This document shows, in pieces, positions 1 to 12,066 of a DNA stretch of 64,000 bases. A model generated the notes under the pieces. The model did no database searches, was not told where the DNA came from, and was given only the letters and a program-made list of their open reading frames with translations. Location: positions 9,300,001 through 9,364,000 of the forward strand of contig JBHGNT010000008.1 of NCBI GenBank assembly GCA_043228905.1, written 5' to 3'. Source of the DNA: Azolla caroliniana (Eukaryota; Plantae; Polypodiophyta). The translations under genes were made by a program, and so were the position numbers. How positions within the stretch are numbered: the first letter of the stretch is position 1; every line of letters starts with the position of its first letter.

Positions 1-859
1 GGGGTTTTGAACCGGAAGGATTTAGGGCTAAATGATTTATGCACTTTAAGTTTTAAGATGAGATATTTCCCTCAAATAAGAGTAAGATAGTATGAGAGAT
101 TGATTAATACTTAATTATATTTATGCATAAACAAATCTTCGAGTAAGAGAGTATGGAATATCTAATAATACTTAATTATGCTAATAGGTAAGAAAAGCTT
201 AGAGTAAGAGAGTAAGCTTAGAGTAAGAGAGTAAGAGAGTAAGAAAAGTTATCCTTACACATAAGCAAAGTTTAAAATAAGAGAGTATGAGAGAGGAAAC
301 ATGGAAACTTTTTTATTACTAGATCATCAATCTGATGGACTTATTTTGTTACATGATTTTTATTTTACCTCCCCTTTTGGGGTATAAGAGTATGAGAGAG
401 GAAATATAAACTTTTTCTTCATCAAATCCCCATCTATCTCCCTTTCTTCTTAAGAATAGCTCTTATTTATAGGTTTTCTATGGGTTGCTTTTTTTTCTCC
501 TAAAAAAAGTTTTGTTTATATGAGTCACGTTTTATTTCTATCCTTGTTTCTCTTTTGTAAGCCCAAATTAGACATCAATACATTCTTGGAAAGCTCTTGA
601 TGTTAGCTTTCTTATGCATCTTTCCTTTTCTAATTTGGACATCGGACGAAGAAATTACAAGCTTTTTTCGTTGCCTTGCTCCTCGGTTCCACGCCTTGCG
701 TTTTTTTTTTTACTACTTTTGGAAAACCACTTCTATCTTTCTATCTTTTCCTTATTTATTACAAAAGTTGACTTCCCAATATTGGTTTATTTGAACTACT
801 ATTTTATTCTCTTTTGATTGTGGTTTCACACTATGTGTTGAAAACATTGCGACACCGAG

Positions 860-938
860 CCTAACAGATCAATCCAATCTGATTTGGTTCTCGGCTTCTT
901 CAGTCGATCCGGCCCAAGTTGAGCTTGCTCGCTCAACA
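860..938 (-). mobile_element. Fragment of a copia LTR 5' end
   Basis: GTTGAGCTTGCTCGCTCAACA ending at 938 is a near match to the reverse complement of the LTR start TGTTGAGCGGCAAGCTCAAC seen at 5854 and 27890. Left limit approximate. Confidence 0.55.
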
Positions 939-1890
939 TTCTTCAACTATATCACCTGATGTTATGGGGTGTCCATCAATGACTCCAACAAACACTAGGT
1001 TTGGGAGCTTATGTAACTTGATACTATGCATTATAGCAAAGTCATGATCCATGAAACAAGAGTTGGCTCCAGAACCTAAGAGGGCAAAAGTTGAGACTCG
1101 ATGGCACCTAGATGTGGTAAGTTCAACTTGTGCTAAGAAACTCAACTAACTTGACCTAATGCAATGGAACCACTACTAGGGACAGGCGTTATATGCCGAG
1201 AACTGTAGTATCTCCAAAGCTAGATTCGAATTCCTTTATAAATCCTTCTAATATTGGTGACTGCTTCTCCAAGAGTGATGCAAACCATGCTAATGCGGTA
1301 CCGGTTAACAAGGTACCAACCAATCCCACACAAGCAACATCAATTTGGTAACGACTAGAATGTAATTTAATCACAAGTTCTACTTGATTTAAAAATCCAC
1401 AAAATTGAGACCTTGTACCATCAAACTTGGTTGTAAGACTAATCTTTGGTTTCTCAATGGGGTTTGAACTTCCGCCGCTTATCGTTGAAGTAGAGTAGTC
1501 TCCAATTGATGCACCCGTTAAGATAACTCTTCATATTGTTGTACTTTCTCAGCACTTACTAGTTGTAGGTCCTTGAGAAGTCTTTGATTTTCTTTCTCCA
1601 ATGCCACGAACTTAGTTGTTAGCATGTTGAGCTCAAACAATACACGCATATATTCTTGCTTGTTGAGGTCTCGATAGTTATGAGAGAAATTTGCTAGATT
1701 TCTTAAATCAGAAAAGATAGGCAGAAGAAGTTGGAGAAGAAGAAAGAAGATTCAGTTCAAACTGCAGTGACTTGAGAGTAGGAGAGAGGGAGGGGGATAG
1801 AGAGTGCCTAGATGGATGTAGCTCAGTTGGTAAGGTTGCCCAATGGAGACCAGGTAGTCATGGGTTCAACCCCTACATTCCACAATGACA
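939..1890 (-). mobile_element. Degenerate Ty3/gypsy gag-protease remnant with partial 5' LTR
   Basis: ORF 933-1145 has a decayed aspartic protease motif (ALLGSGANSCFMD...VIDG). ORF 1189-1374 has gag-like LLTGTALAWF. A PBS-like segment lies near 1666-1680. Stops and deletions present. Confidence 0.75.
1813..1883 (+). other. tRNA-derived sequence (Pol III A/B boxes), not a functional tRNA
   Basis: A-box TAGCTCAGTTGG and B-box GGTTCAACCCC at tRNA spacing, with partial acceptor stem TGGATG/CATTCCA. D and anticodon stems do not pair. Homologous to 28467-28539. Confidence 0.6.
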
Positions 1891-1989
1891 TCTAATGAAA
1901 TCAAAGGTGAGATAATTGGGTTTCAAACCCAAGATATAGTGTTACTAATGTAAACAACTTACGACTTACCACTAGGGTAAGCTAATTAC

Positions 1990-2025
<36 letters not shown>

Positions 2026-2469
2026 AGAAAGATGATGATAAAAGGTAGAGAGAGAGAGAGAAACGGAAAGGAGTTTATATTATAAGAGAACAAGGGTTAC
2101 AAAGAGCAGGCTAAGGGGTGAAGACTAGTGTTGAACTAAATGAGTTGTGATGAATGAATAGACACCTATTATCCTTATGTAGTGAAAGTTCTAGAATATT
2201 TTAGATATTTATGATATTTAAGATAATCATGGAATATTCTGGAATGTTCTAGAATACTCTAAATATCTTGTAATCTCTAATAATATAATTATTATGACTA
2301 TACATCATATATTTATTATAATGGTTAAAGGTTTAATACATCTAGACCAGAAGTTGTGGGTAAGCCAAAATGTATGTCTTCATGATAGTACTTACCCCAC
2401 ACCAAAAATGTCATGGATGCAAAATTTACAATATAATCACATATAATACATCTCGAAGTTACTTACTAA

Positions 2470-3500
2470 TTTAGTTTTCTTTCAGAAAAAAAAAACTCTA
2501 AACCTAAATTCGATACTAAGTATTGAATTCAAGTTTCGAATTGTCATGCTTTCATCACAATTCGATACTTACGATAAAATAAAATAAATAAAAACTTTAA
2601 ACCTGAACTCGATACTAAGTATCGAATTGTAATGAAAACACCCTATTTTTGTCGAATTCAGGTTTCGAATTGTGATGTTTTCATTAGTAATGGGCCCGAT
2701 TCGGTTTCTTTGCCTTGAAACCAAACCATTTATATAAAACAAAAACCAAATCCAACTATTTATGAACTTTCGAGCCATTAAACAAACCATTTAAGAAAAG
2801 GTAAACCAAACTATTTCGACCAAAACCGGTTAGGGAAAAGTTGAAACCAGGTTGAGGCACTTAATAAAAAGTTTAAACCTAACCACATTTAAGCCAAACT
2901 AATTAAAAAATTAAAGAAATAAAAATACACTAAATTAAATAAGCATTTACTTTAAAATAAATAAATAAATAAATAAGCATTAATTAAGCCATTAGATTAA
3001 ATAAAGTATTAAGTTAAGTGAATTAAACCAATGAAAAACAATAACTAAACCATTGAATTACATAAACATTTAAGGGATAAAAAAAGTTAGCCCAAAAACC
3101 TATAAACCGATAAACACCAGTTTCAAAACCAAACTGAACTAAAACCGATAAACGCTAGTTTCAGAACCAAACTGAACTAAAACCGAATCGTTTATTAATA
3201 ATTTAAAACCAAACCAAACCATTTAATTATTTTGGAACTTATAAACCTTTAAACCATGGCTTAATAGTTCAATTTGGTTTTAGCCGAAACTGGGCCCATT
3301 GCTAGTTTTCATCACAATTCGATACTTAGTATCGAATTTAGGTTTAAAGTTTTGAATTTATTTTTTTCGAAAAAAAATAGAACAAACTAAACTAAAAACT
3401 TTGAACTTGAATTTGATACTAAGAATCGAATTGTGATGAAAACACTTTGAACTTGAGTATCGAATTATACTACAATTTGAATTCATTACATTGTATCGAA
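2470..3500. repeat. AT-rich element with repeated CGATACTAAGTATCG near-palindromes; probable non-autonomous DNA transposon hosting the hAT MITE
   Basis: AAACCTAAATTCGATACTAAGTATCGAATTGTGATGAAA-type units recur in both orientations at about 2500, 2600, 3307-3353 and 3400-3445. Termini not resolved. Confidence 0.5.
2685..3304. mobile_element. Non-autonomous hAT-type element (MITE)
   Basis: Terminal inverted repeats TAGTAATGGGCCC / GGGCCCATTGCTA; perfect 8-bp TSD GTTTTCAT (2677-2684, 3305-3312); many internal AAACC(G/A) motifs. Confidence 0.88.
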
Positions 3501-4069
3501 TTGTACTAAAATCTCTGTTTTTTAAAATAATTGTGTCGATGGTAATCATTTTGTATGACTTTACACTAACAAAAGTTGGATAAGCAAGTGAGTTTCATTC
3601 ACATGAGGATTAAAGCCTTAACATTTTCACTATGGATCGGATGAACCAATTTCTCCATTAGTTGGTGAACTTAGGGAGCTTATTGATTTTGACGACGAGC
3701 TAGTAGAGGACCCTACCATTGCTAGTCTATGTGGAGTAGATACTATTGCACAAATTTTGGAGGAGAGTTCTCAAAAGGAAGAAGAGGAGAGCAGCTGATA
3801 ACTATGTGATATGTTCCAAAGGTATATTAATGTTCACGTCTAGGTTTGACAGTTTTGATAGTTCATGAATATTGTCTACATTTTTTGAGTTTTGACTTTA
3901 TGGACGTTGATGAGCACTAAATTTATAGATTTTAATGACACTTCCGGAACCTACATCTCCTCAAGATTGTAAAACCATTCATCTTAACTTGTGCTTTGAG
4001 TTAACCATCATGATTTTCCTTAAGTTAACTACATTTCATATCTATAGACCATCAACGTTTAAACATTTA

Positions 4070-6240
4070 TCGACCTAGTTGACCCTCAAAACTGTAAACC
4101 GATCGGATGTAAGTGGGTGTACAAGGTAAAGTACAATACCAACGGCTCGGTTAACGGGTACAAGGCCCGGTTAGTGGCGAAGGGATACGCGCAGACCCAG
4201 AAAATCGACTACGACGAGACCTTCATTCCGGTAGCGAAGATGACGACGGTTCGTGTGGTGCTAGCGGTTGCAGCGGCAAGGGGGTGGCATCTTCACTAGA
4301 TGGACATGAAGAATGCATTTCTTCAAGGAGATCTTGAAGAAGAAGTCTTTATGACCCAACCCCCCGGTTTCCAGTCGGAGATGAACAAGTCAACGTTATG
4401 CCGGCTGAAGAAGTCATTTTATGGCCTGAAGCAAGCCCCCCGAGCTTCGAATGCGAAGATCACGCACCGATTGCGTAAGATGGGGTTTGCGGCCTCCAAG
4501 TCTGACTCTTCGTTGTTCATTTGGCAAGGTTTGGATGGTCCAGTTTGCATCTTGTTGTATGTTGATGATCTAGTCATCATCGGACCCAGACTCGACATTA
4601 GTTACCCGGTTGACGTGATCAACCAATATATGCAGAAGGCGACCGTGGAGCACCTTCTGTGTGCGCATCGAATTTTGCGATATGTGAGCGACACGAAGGA
4701 CCGGGGATTGTTATACCGGCATGGTATAACCGAAGTCTAGCTAGTCGGCTACACCGATGCCGATTGGGCCGACAATGCATTAGATCACCGATCCACTTCC
4801 GGCTATATGTTTTCCCTTGGCAGCACGACTGTTGCGTGGAGCAGCAAAAAGAATCCAATAGTGGCCCTTTCGAGCACTGAGGCTGAATACCAGGGCGCTA
4901 CCATTGCCACATGTGCAACCATTTGGCTTCGACGACTGCTGCAAGACCTGCGGATCGAGGTGCCTACCCCGATCCTGATCTACTATGACAACATCAGTGG
5001 CATGCAGCTTGCCAAGAACCCTGTATTCCATGATCACACAAAGCACATCGAAGTGCACTACCACTTCGTGCGTGAGCATGTCATGGGCGGCGAAGTCGAA
5101 CTTCGGTATGTTCATACGGATCGGCAAGTTGCCGAGATCTTCACCAAATCGCTCCGATTGGACAAGTTATAGCACTTCACTGAAATGCTTGGTGTTCAGA
5201 ATCTTGATGTGCCACACTTGAGGGGGAGAACGGGTAAAGACACCGGAATGGGCAAAGGCAAAGAAACTACCGATTGTGCTGGTGAGGGAAGAACCGACAA
5301 AGGGAGAGACAAGAAGAAGAAAGGAGCCGAGTCGACAAAGGAAGTTGACACATCCGAAAAAGTCGGAACAAGCGGCAATGGCGGCAGAGTCAAGAAGGAC
5401 AGAGCTGACCGGAAGAAGAAGGCCAAGACCCGGACATGTTCCGATGTGGTGAAGGGCTTGGAATCGAAAGACGAATCAGGAGCGACCGATTCAGAAAAGA
5501 GCTGGAACGAATCGGTGACAACCGATTCGGTTCAACAGACGGATTCGGAAGAACCGTATCAGTTCAAGGCCAAGAGGACAAGAAGGCAACGAAAGTCGAC
5601 GCCAACACGAAGGAATCGACGAATCGGCAAGCGCCGAAGTCATAGCAGCAAGGGAGCTGAAGTGGGCTTGCTGAGCAAACAAATGGACCAAGGAGGTCGA
5701 GGTGCGCAGTATCAAAAGGGTCGCGGAAAACAGGACCGGACTAGACGAGGAGCGCGAGCCAGGCGGTGTGACGCCAGAAGGAGCCGAGGGGAAGGATCGG
5801 CTACCATGGAGACTGACACTACGATCCGACCTCAAGTGGAGCTTGAGGGCGAGTGTTGAGCGGCAAGCTCAACTGGATCCGAATCAGCTGAATAAGCCTG
5901 AGCCGGATCGGCATTCGGAAGGATGAGCCGGATCTGTGAGTCGGTGAGCAAGGGAGCCGGTTAGCCGAATCCAGCAGTAATCGGAAGCCTAGTAGTAGCC
6001 TAGACTACTAGGTAGTTAATGTCTCGTAGTTAGTGTCTCACGGTCGTGTGAGCATTGAAGTACACCGTACTTCTGTCAGTCCTCTTAGGACTTGTATAAA
6101 TAGTGTTGTTGACAACGTCATATGTACAGAGTATTTTACAGAGTTTTTGATAATAGATTTATGTCGTTCTGCTCTCTCTCTCTCTCTGTTGCTATCCGGC
6201 TAAGCCGGTTGTCTAAAGCTTCCGCACCTTCGTTTTTACA
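4070..6240 (+). mobile_element. 5'-truncated Ty1/copia element: RT-RNase H pseudogene, 3' extension, PPT and 3' LTR (5854-6240)
   Basis: Motifs YKARLVAKGY, MDMKNAFLQG, LYVDD, LSSTEAEY and TKHIEVHYHF with several TAG stops. PPT TTGAGGGCGAG 5843-5853. LTR TG...CA homologous to 27462-27890. Confidence 0.92.
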
Positions 6241-6819
6241 CTTTCTTTATTCCTCTGTTTCTTCTTCTTTTGTGTCATTTCCCTCTATATTTTCCTCCTC
6301 CTCCTTCTCTTCTTCTTCTTCTATTTTGGCTTTTCTCTATTTTCTGTTGCTTGTCCATCTCCATCTTCGTCTATAATTGCTTTGTCGCTATTTGTTGGTT
6401 GTCACTATTCGTTGATGGTTGTCCGGCCGCTGCCGCCGCTCAGCCGCTATCAGCTGCCACTTGACCATTGTCTGGCCGCCACTCGGCTGTTGTCGGCCAC
6501 TATCTGGCCAATCGCCACCACCACTAGAATGTTGTTCGGCCAATCGTCGTTGTTCGGCCACCATTTGGCCGTTGTTCGGCCATTTTCCGGCCATTGTCTA
6601 GCCACCACTCGACCATTGTTGGCCACTATCTGGCCAATCGACACCACATGGTTGTTGTTCGGCCATTGTTGGTCGCTATCCAGCCAATCGACACCATATG
6701 GCCGTTGTTCGACTATTGTTCAACCACCACTCGGCCACCATTCGACAACTGTTGGCCACTGTCTGGCCAATCACCACCACTCGGCCGCTATTCGGCCATT
6801 GTCCAGCCGTTGTTTCAGT

Positions 6820-8130
6820 TGTCACAGACAAACCAAACGCGACATAGGACAGAGAACAGATGATGGGGCTACCAGTGACGGATGAACATGGAGCTAGATG
6901 TGGTGAGGCTAGGAACTATAGATGTTTTGAACGACATGAGGTCATGAAGACAGAAATAAAGATCAAGGAGACAAAGATGAGGCGAAACGAGAATACTAGA
7001 TTGATCGGTCAATGGTTGGTGTTGAATCCCTTGAAAGGGACCAAGTATGTTACAAGTATTTATACAATTTCCGAGATTGAATATCTTTAGAATATTCTGG
7101 AGAATATACCCGTTTAGAATATACCACAGAATAATTCTAGAATATACTAACAATTAGAATTTCTCGAATGTTCTATACACTAGACTCTGCAATATATACA
7201 AGTTCACAATCGAGTGGACAATTCACACGAGTTTCCATATGGTTAACACAACACAATGTACTGTGTGTTAAAAGTCAGAGGTTCGAGTCTAGAATGTGAC
7301 ATTATCTCCCCTCTTACGTCGCCTTCCCAAACCGGTCCTTGGCTTAAGGGGATACTATTGATGAAAATCTTAGACCACCTCCAAAGTATTTTGTAAATTC
7401 TAGACAAGGAGTAACCCTTCCAAAAGACGAGGTATTGAACACCAACAGGCATGAGCGACCATGTGTGGTCCTTGTCGAGAACTAAAACACGAATAGCAAC
7501 GGGCGTGAGTGACCATGTGTGGTCCTCATGGGAACACGAACACCAACGGGCATGAGAGACCATGTCGGTCCTCATCAGGATCTGGAACACGAACAATAGC
7601 TAGAGTGAGCGACCATGTGCAGTCCGTTGGTGCAAGTGAAGTGGTCGACTCGACTTCTTCTATTATGAGAGGGTAAATAGTCGGGGTTGACCCAAGACAC
7701 GACACAAATGGTAGCGCTAGCGAGAAACCCATGCAATCCCCACCAGGAAAGTGAGCGGTTGTGAACCCCACCAAAATTAGAAGGTGAGCGATCGAAATCG
7801 GTCCTCGCCAACATAAAGTGGTGCAAGACTTGAACTATAACGAAAATGCAGTGCAAGCGAGCAATGATCCGACCCCCACCAAGAAAGTAAGTGGTTGTGA
7901 CCCCCATCGAAACTAGGAAGGTGAGCGATCGAAAGCACTCCTCACCAAAACCGTGATGCAAAATGATACCTAAAAATGATGACAAGTAACGTTGATGACG
8001 ACGATGGTTGGGCGAAGAGGTGTTGAAAATGATGACGTAGAAGACAAGGATGTTGATGACGGTAACTCCGGAAGCAAGGTCGATGATGATGGTAACTCAT
8101 CATCGACCAAAACCATGATGCAAAATGATA
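6820..8130 (-). mobile_element. 3' end of a chromovirus-type gypsy derivative: LTR 6820-7301, PPT, chromodomain remnant, internal tandem repeats
   Basis: LTR termini TGTCACA...TGTGACA. PPT (reverse complement TAAGAGGGGAGATAA) 7302-7316. QYLVFWKGY in ORF 7243-7596. Right limit approximate. Confidence 0.7.
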
Positions 8131-8325
8131 TCAGCCACCACTTGGCCGTTGTTCGGGCACTGTCCGGCCGCTATTGGGCCATTCGCTGTTGTTTGGCTAT
8201 CACTTGGCTACTACGGGCCAGTGTCTGACCAATAACCACTAGCACTGACCCGTTGGTCGGCCACCACTTGGCCACTATTAGGCCATTGTCCAGATGTTGT
8301 TGTTCGGCTGCCACATGGTAGTTTT

Positions 8326-9015
8326 TGATAGATTTTACACTCAGACATAAACCTTAGATATACTAAGACACAAACAAACGAAAAACAAGCAACACAAGAT
8401 TTACGTGGAAAAACCTGATTTAAGGGAAAAACTACGGTGAACAGAAATTTCCACTATGAGACAAAAAGAAATACAAACATAGAATGATAGAACCTAATTT
8501 GGTATGGATGTACTCTCAGGTTGTTATTTTAAACCACAATTTCAACCGAGTGCACCTAACCTTAACTCTTAGGTATTTATCACTTTCGAAGCTTTCAAAG
8601 CTTCTCTGTTCTGTCTCTCTTCCTTCTCTTTTACACTCTTCTTTCTTTGCTTCCTCTCACACTCAGTTGCAAATCTATGTCACTCACTCTCTCACAACCA
8701 CCATTGTGTTAGCTCTCTATTGTTCTCTGTGTCGCTCTTCCCTTGCAACACGTCTTCTCGCTCTTACGCTCTCTAACTCCCAACAAGGCACTTCTTAAGT
8801 TTCACTCACTATTTATACTCTTAGTGATTTATCCCACATACATAGGCAGCTAATACCACTATGCCTATATACATACTTATATGAATATATATATACATTT
8901 GAACTTTTGTTCAGCTCTTTGCCACGTTTTGGCTCTTCGGCCGATTTCGGCCAACCGAATCTAGATTCGGCTTTTCGGTTGACTCCCCCATAAGGAGGGA
9001 TAATCTTACATAACA
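8326..9015 (-). mobile_element. Solo LTR (copia-like)
   Basis: TG...CA termini with 5-bp TSD GTTTT (8321-8325, 9016-9020). Reverse-complement CCGTAGTTTTTCCC and GGTTTTTCCACGTAAA motifs resemble those in the 48985 LTR. Confidence 0.85.
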
Positions 9016-10089
9016 GTTTTCCAACCACTATTCAGTCGCCACTCGACCACTATTTGGCCAATCACCATTGTTTGGCCGCTGTCCGGCCAATTGCTACCAC
9101 TCGGCCGTTGTTCGGCCACCAGTTGGCCAATCCGGCCAATCACCGCCACCACTCAGCCATTATTGGGCCATTGTGTGGCCACTACTCGGCCAATCATCAT
9201 TGTTCAGCCACCACTCGGTTATTGTCCGACCGTTGTCGGTAAGCAACGATTGTAGAAGCATAATCATTATGGTCAAAGCCACTGTTGGCATTAGAAGGGA
9301 TGGAGGAATGAATAGGTGAAGACCATCGACAGAAAGAATGTTCAAGGAGGGTTATTGGTGGAGGAAGCCTAAAGAGGCGGTGATGGATAGTAGGAGGGAG
9401 AAGAAGTAAAATAAAATTCTAGTGTGATTATTGTTGTTTCTGTATGCACTAATTGTGGCTACTATGGTATGGTTATGGTGGTAGATAGTAGAGGCATCAA
9501 AGTGATTGGATCCATCACTCAACGAGAAGCTTCAATGGCATCCACCATGGCCTTTCAAAAGGAAATAAACGATGTTCTTTTGTTGTATCGCTAAATTGAG
9601 CCTTTTCTGAGGTAATCAAGAATAGGGGTTTCAAATGATCGTTCTGATGGGGTGGTGGGGTACAAAAGAAAAGAGAGTTGGGCTTCCTGAAATTCGATGT
9701 GATTTCCGTGTGCAAGAAAAGATGCATGTGGAGGGAGGTTGATCTATTCATGGACGAATTAGTGTTGGTTTACAAAGATGGAAAAAAAGGAATCCATCAG
9801 ATCTGAGGAGGGGATGAAGAATTAGGTTATACAGGGGGTGGGGAAGACGGTTTCCTTCGGATAGAAATACCACTTCTTGCCTAATAGAAATTGTGTTGCG
9901 TGTGAGTTTCTTACTTTCTCTCTTCATTTCCCTTGCTTTTGCAACATGAAAAATTTCTACCTCTGTCCGTCCTTTCTTCTATGGCAAATCAATACCTTCC
10001 ATTCCTTCCTTAATTCTTTCTTCTTCCTTATACCACCTTCTTCTTCTTGCTTCAATGTGTAATTCCTCGACTTCTTCTCCAAGGGGGGC

Positions 10090-12066
10090 GGCCGTAGGGC
10101 TTAGCTCTATCCCCCACCCATCAACACTCTCGCATCCTCTTTTTCCTTTTCTCTTTGCGGGTAAGCTGTCTCTTCTGCTTCACCCTTGGGGATTGCATGA
10201 CCAAGTCTTCGTCGCTCGTCGGCTTGTCAATTGGCTGGCCGTTCCGGCTCAATTCTTCCATCGGCCCACTTAGCCGGAATGAAATCAAACATTTCGGTTT
10301 TCTGATTTCTCCCTCATCCATTGGATCAGCTTCATTGGCCTCATCTTCAATAATTGGCATAGAGTCCATGAGGGTCGGATTGGTCGGAGGTTGGTACCAT
10401 GAATCCATTTCATCGAACACGACATCACATCCGACTCACACTTGTTTCATCTAGGGGTTATAGCACTTATAACCCTTTTGTTCGTCCAAGTAACCGACCA
10501 AGATACATTTCTTGGCTTTGGCGCCCAACTTCCCCCACTTCTCCTTCGACACATGCACATATGATATGCTGCCAAACACCCTCAAGTGCATCAAGTTTAG
10601 CTTCTTCTTGAAGTACAACTTGTGTGGCGACACTTTACCTCTGGTTTTAAATGTTCGATTTTGACGGTAAACAATAGTTTGGACTGTTTCAGCCCAGTAG
10701 GACTTGGGCATTCTCTTCTCTTCCAGCATCTCCCTAATTGCTTCTTCAATTTTCCAATTCATCCTCTTGACCACACTGCTCTGATGTAGCGTGTATTTGT
10801 AGGAGAATTCGTATTGAATTCCTTCCTTCTGCAAATAACTTGAAAACTAGTCGGAAATGACTCTTTCCCGCCATCAGACTTGAAGCATTTGATTCTTTTG
10901 CCTATCTCCCGTTCGTCAAGACTTTTCACCTTCATGAAGCAGGAGAAGACTTCGCTCTTCTTCTCAATCAAGCATGTCTCCAGTGTAGTCACCGATGAAG
11001 GTGATGAAATATTGACTCCTTCTAATGTTCACGTTTTGTGTCTATCCCCAAACATCTCAATGGATTAAATCGAGCTTATTTTCGGCTCTGATTTTTCTCA
11101 TTGGGGAATGGAAGCCGGTGTCGTTTCCGTAATTGGCAAGCTTCCAGACTTGGCTCTTTTGGCCACTAAATTTCGGTAAGCCGAAAACAATGTTTTTCAT
11201 TTGCATCTCTTGAAGTCGTCGAGAAGTTGACATGGTTGATCCGCTTGTGCCACAACTCGATGTTCTATTCCACTTTTTGTCCTTTGACGAACATTGTGGT
11301 GTCGATATCATTCGTCTCAAGGATGAACATCCTCCCCTACCTATGCCCTTGCGCAATGATCTGACATTCCTCCTCAATGAAGCATCCATGGTGAGTGAAC
11401 TAGACCTGCAACCCCTGATTGAGGATCTGTCCGACAGACATTAGGTTCTTGGTGATCATCGGGATGTGCATCACGTTCCTCATAATTCTTCTCTAGTTGA
11501 CATGGCTCAGAGGGATGTCTCTGATGTGCTCGATGGGATGAGGGGTGTCGTCTCCGGTTTCGACGACCCCCAGCTATTCCGGTTTCTCCAGAGTTGAGAA
11601 CCAGTCCTTCTGTTTCGTCATGTGGTTGGATGCTCTAGAATCCGCGTACCACACCTTGTTCGGATTTGAGGTGCTCATCTCAATCCAATTGGGTTTGTGT
11701 TTCATATGAAGGCAGGGCCTGTTCCGACTCGCCTTGAGCCTTCAACGTAGTGCAATCTCTACTGCCTTTCTCCATCAACATGGCTCGATTCGGCTTTGTT
11801 CGAATCAGCTTTCTTTTCCTAGCACTTGTTCTCTTTGTGGCCCTTTTGGCCATAGTACCGGTAGTCTTTGGCTTTTCTTTGCCACTCTCGACACCCCCCA
11901 AACTACCCTTGCTTGTGAAGGGCCCACTACTGTCGGCACATCCTTTGTGCTTCTGATTATGCTCCAGTCAGTTGCCTCCATCGCGTCCCGACCCACTTTG
12001 TCCTCCACAACCATGGGCCCGATCCGCTTCTGTGTACAACATTTTGTTGTCGGCATACGTGCTCAT
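10090..12066 (-). mobile_element. Degenerate Ty1/copia gag-protease-integrase remnant
   Basis: Fragments IKCFKSDGGKE, MPKSYWAETVQT, LRVFGSISYVHV and KKCILVGY...KGYKCYNP. Frameshifted; same family as 22536-27890. Confidence 0.85.

Larger units (their letters stand above)
6420..9240. repeat. Degenerate GC-rich minisatellite (CGGCCA/TGGCCA units) in three blocks: 6420-6815, 8130-8315, 9025-9240
   Basis: Recurrent GGCCACCA, GGCCGTTGTTCGGCCA and GGCCAATCA units. The blocks are separated by LTR-element insertions. Confidence 0.75.

Noticed and set aside
1-830. AGAGTAAG / GAGTATGAGAGAGGAAA repeats at the window start
   Set aside because: Probably an LTR fragment, but no termini or diagnostic motif are visible.
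1813-1883. Functional tRNA gene (also 28467-28539)
   Set aside because: D-arm and anticodon stems do not pair; reported only as tRNA-derived.
7440-7630. CRISPR-like repeat array (also 45339-45865 and 6420-6815)
   Set aside because: Units are tandem without unique spacers, there are no cas genes, and the context is eukaryotic.
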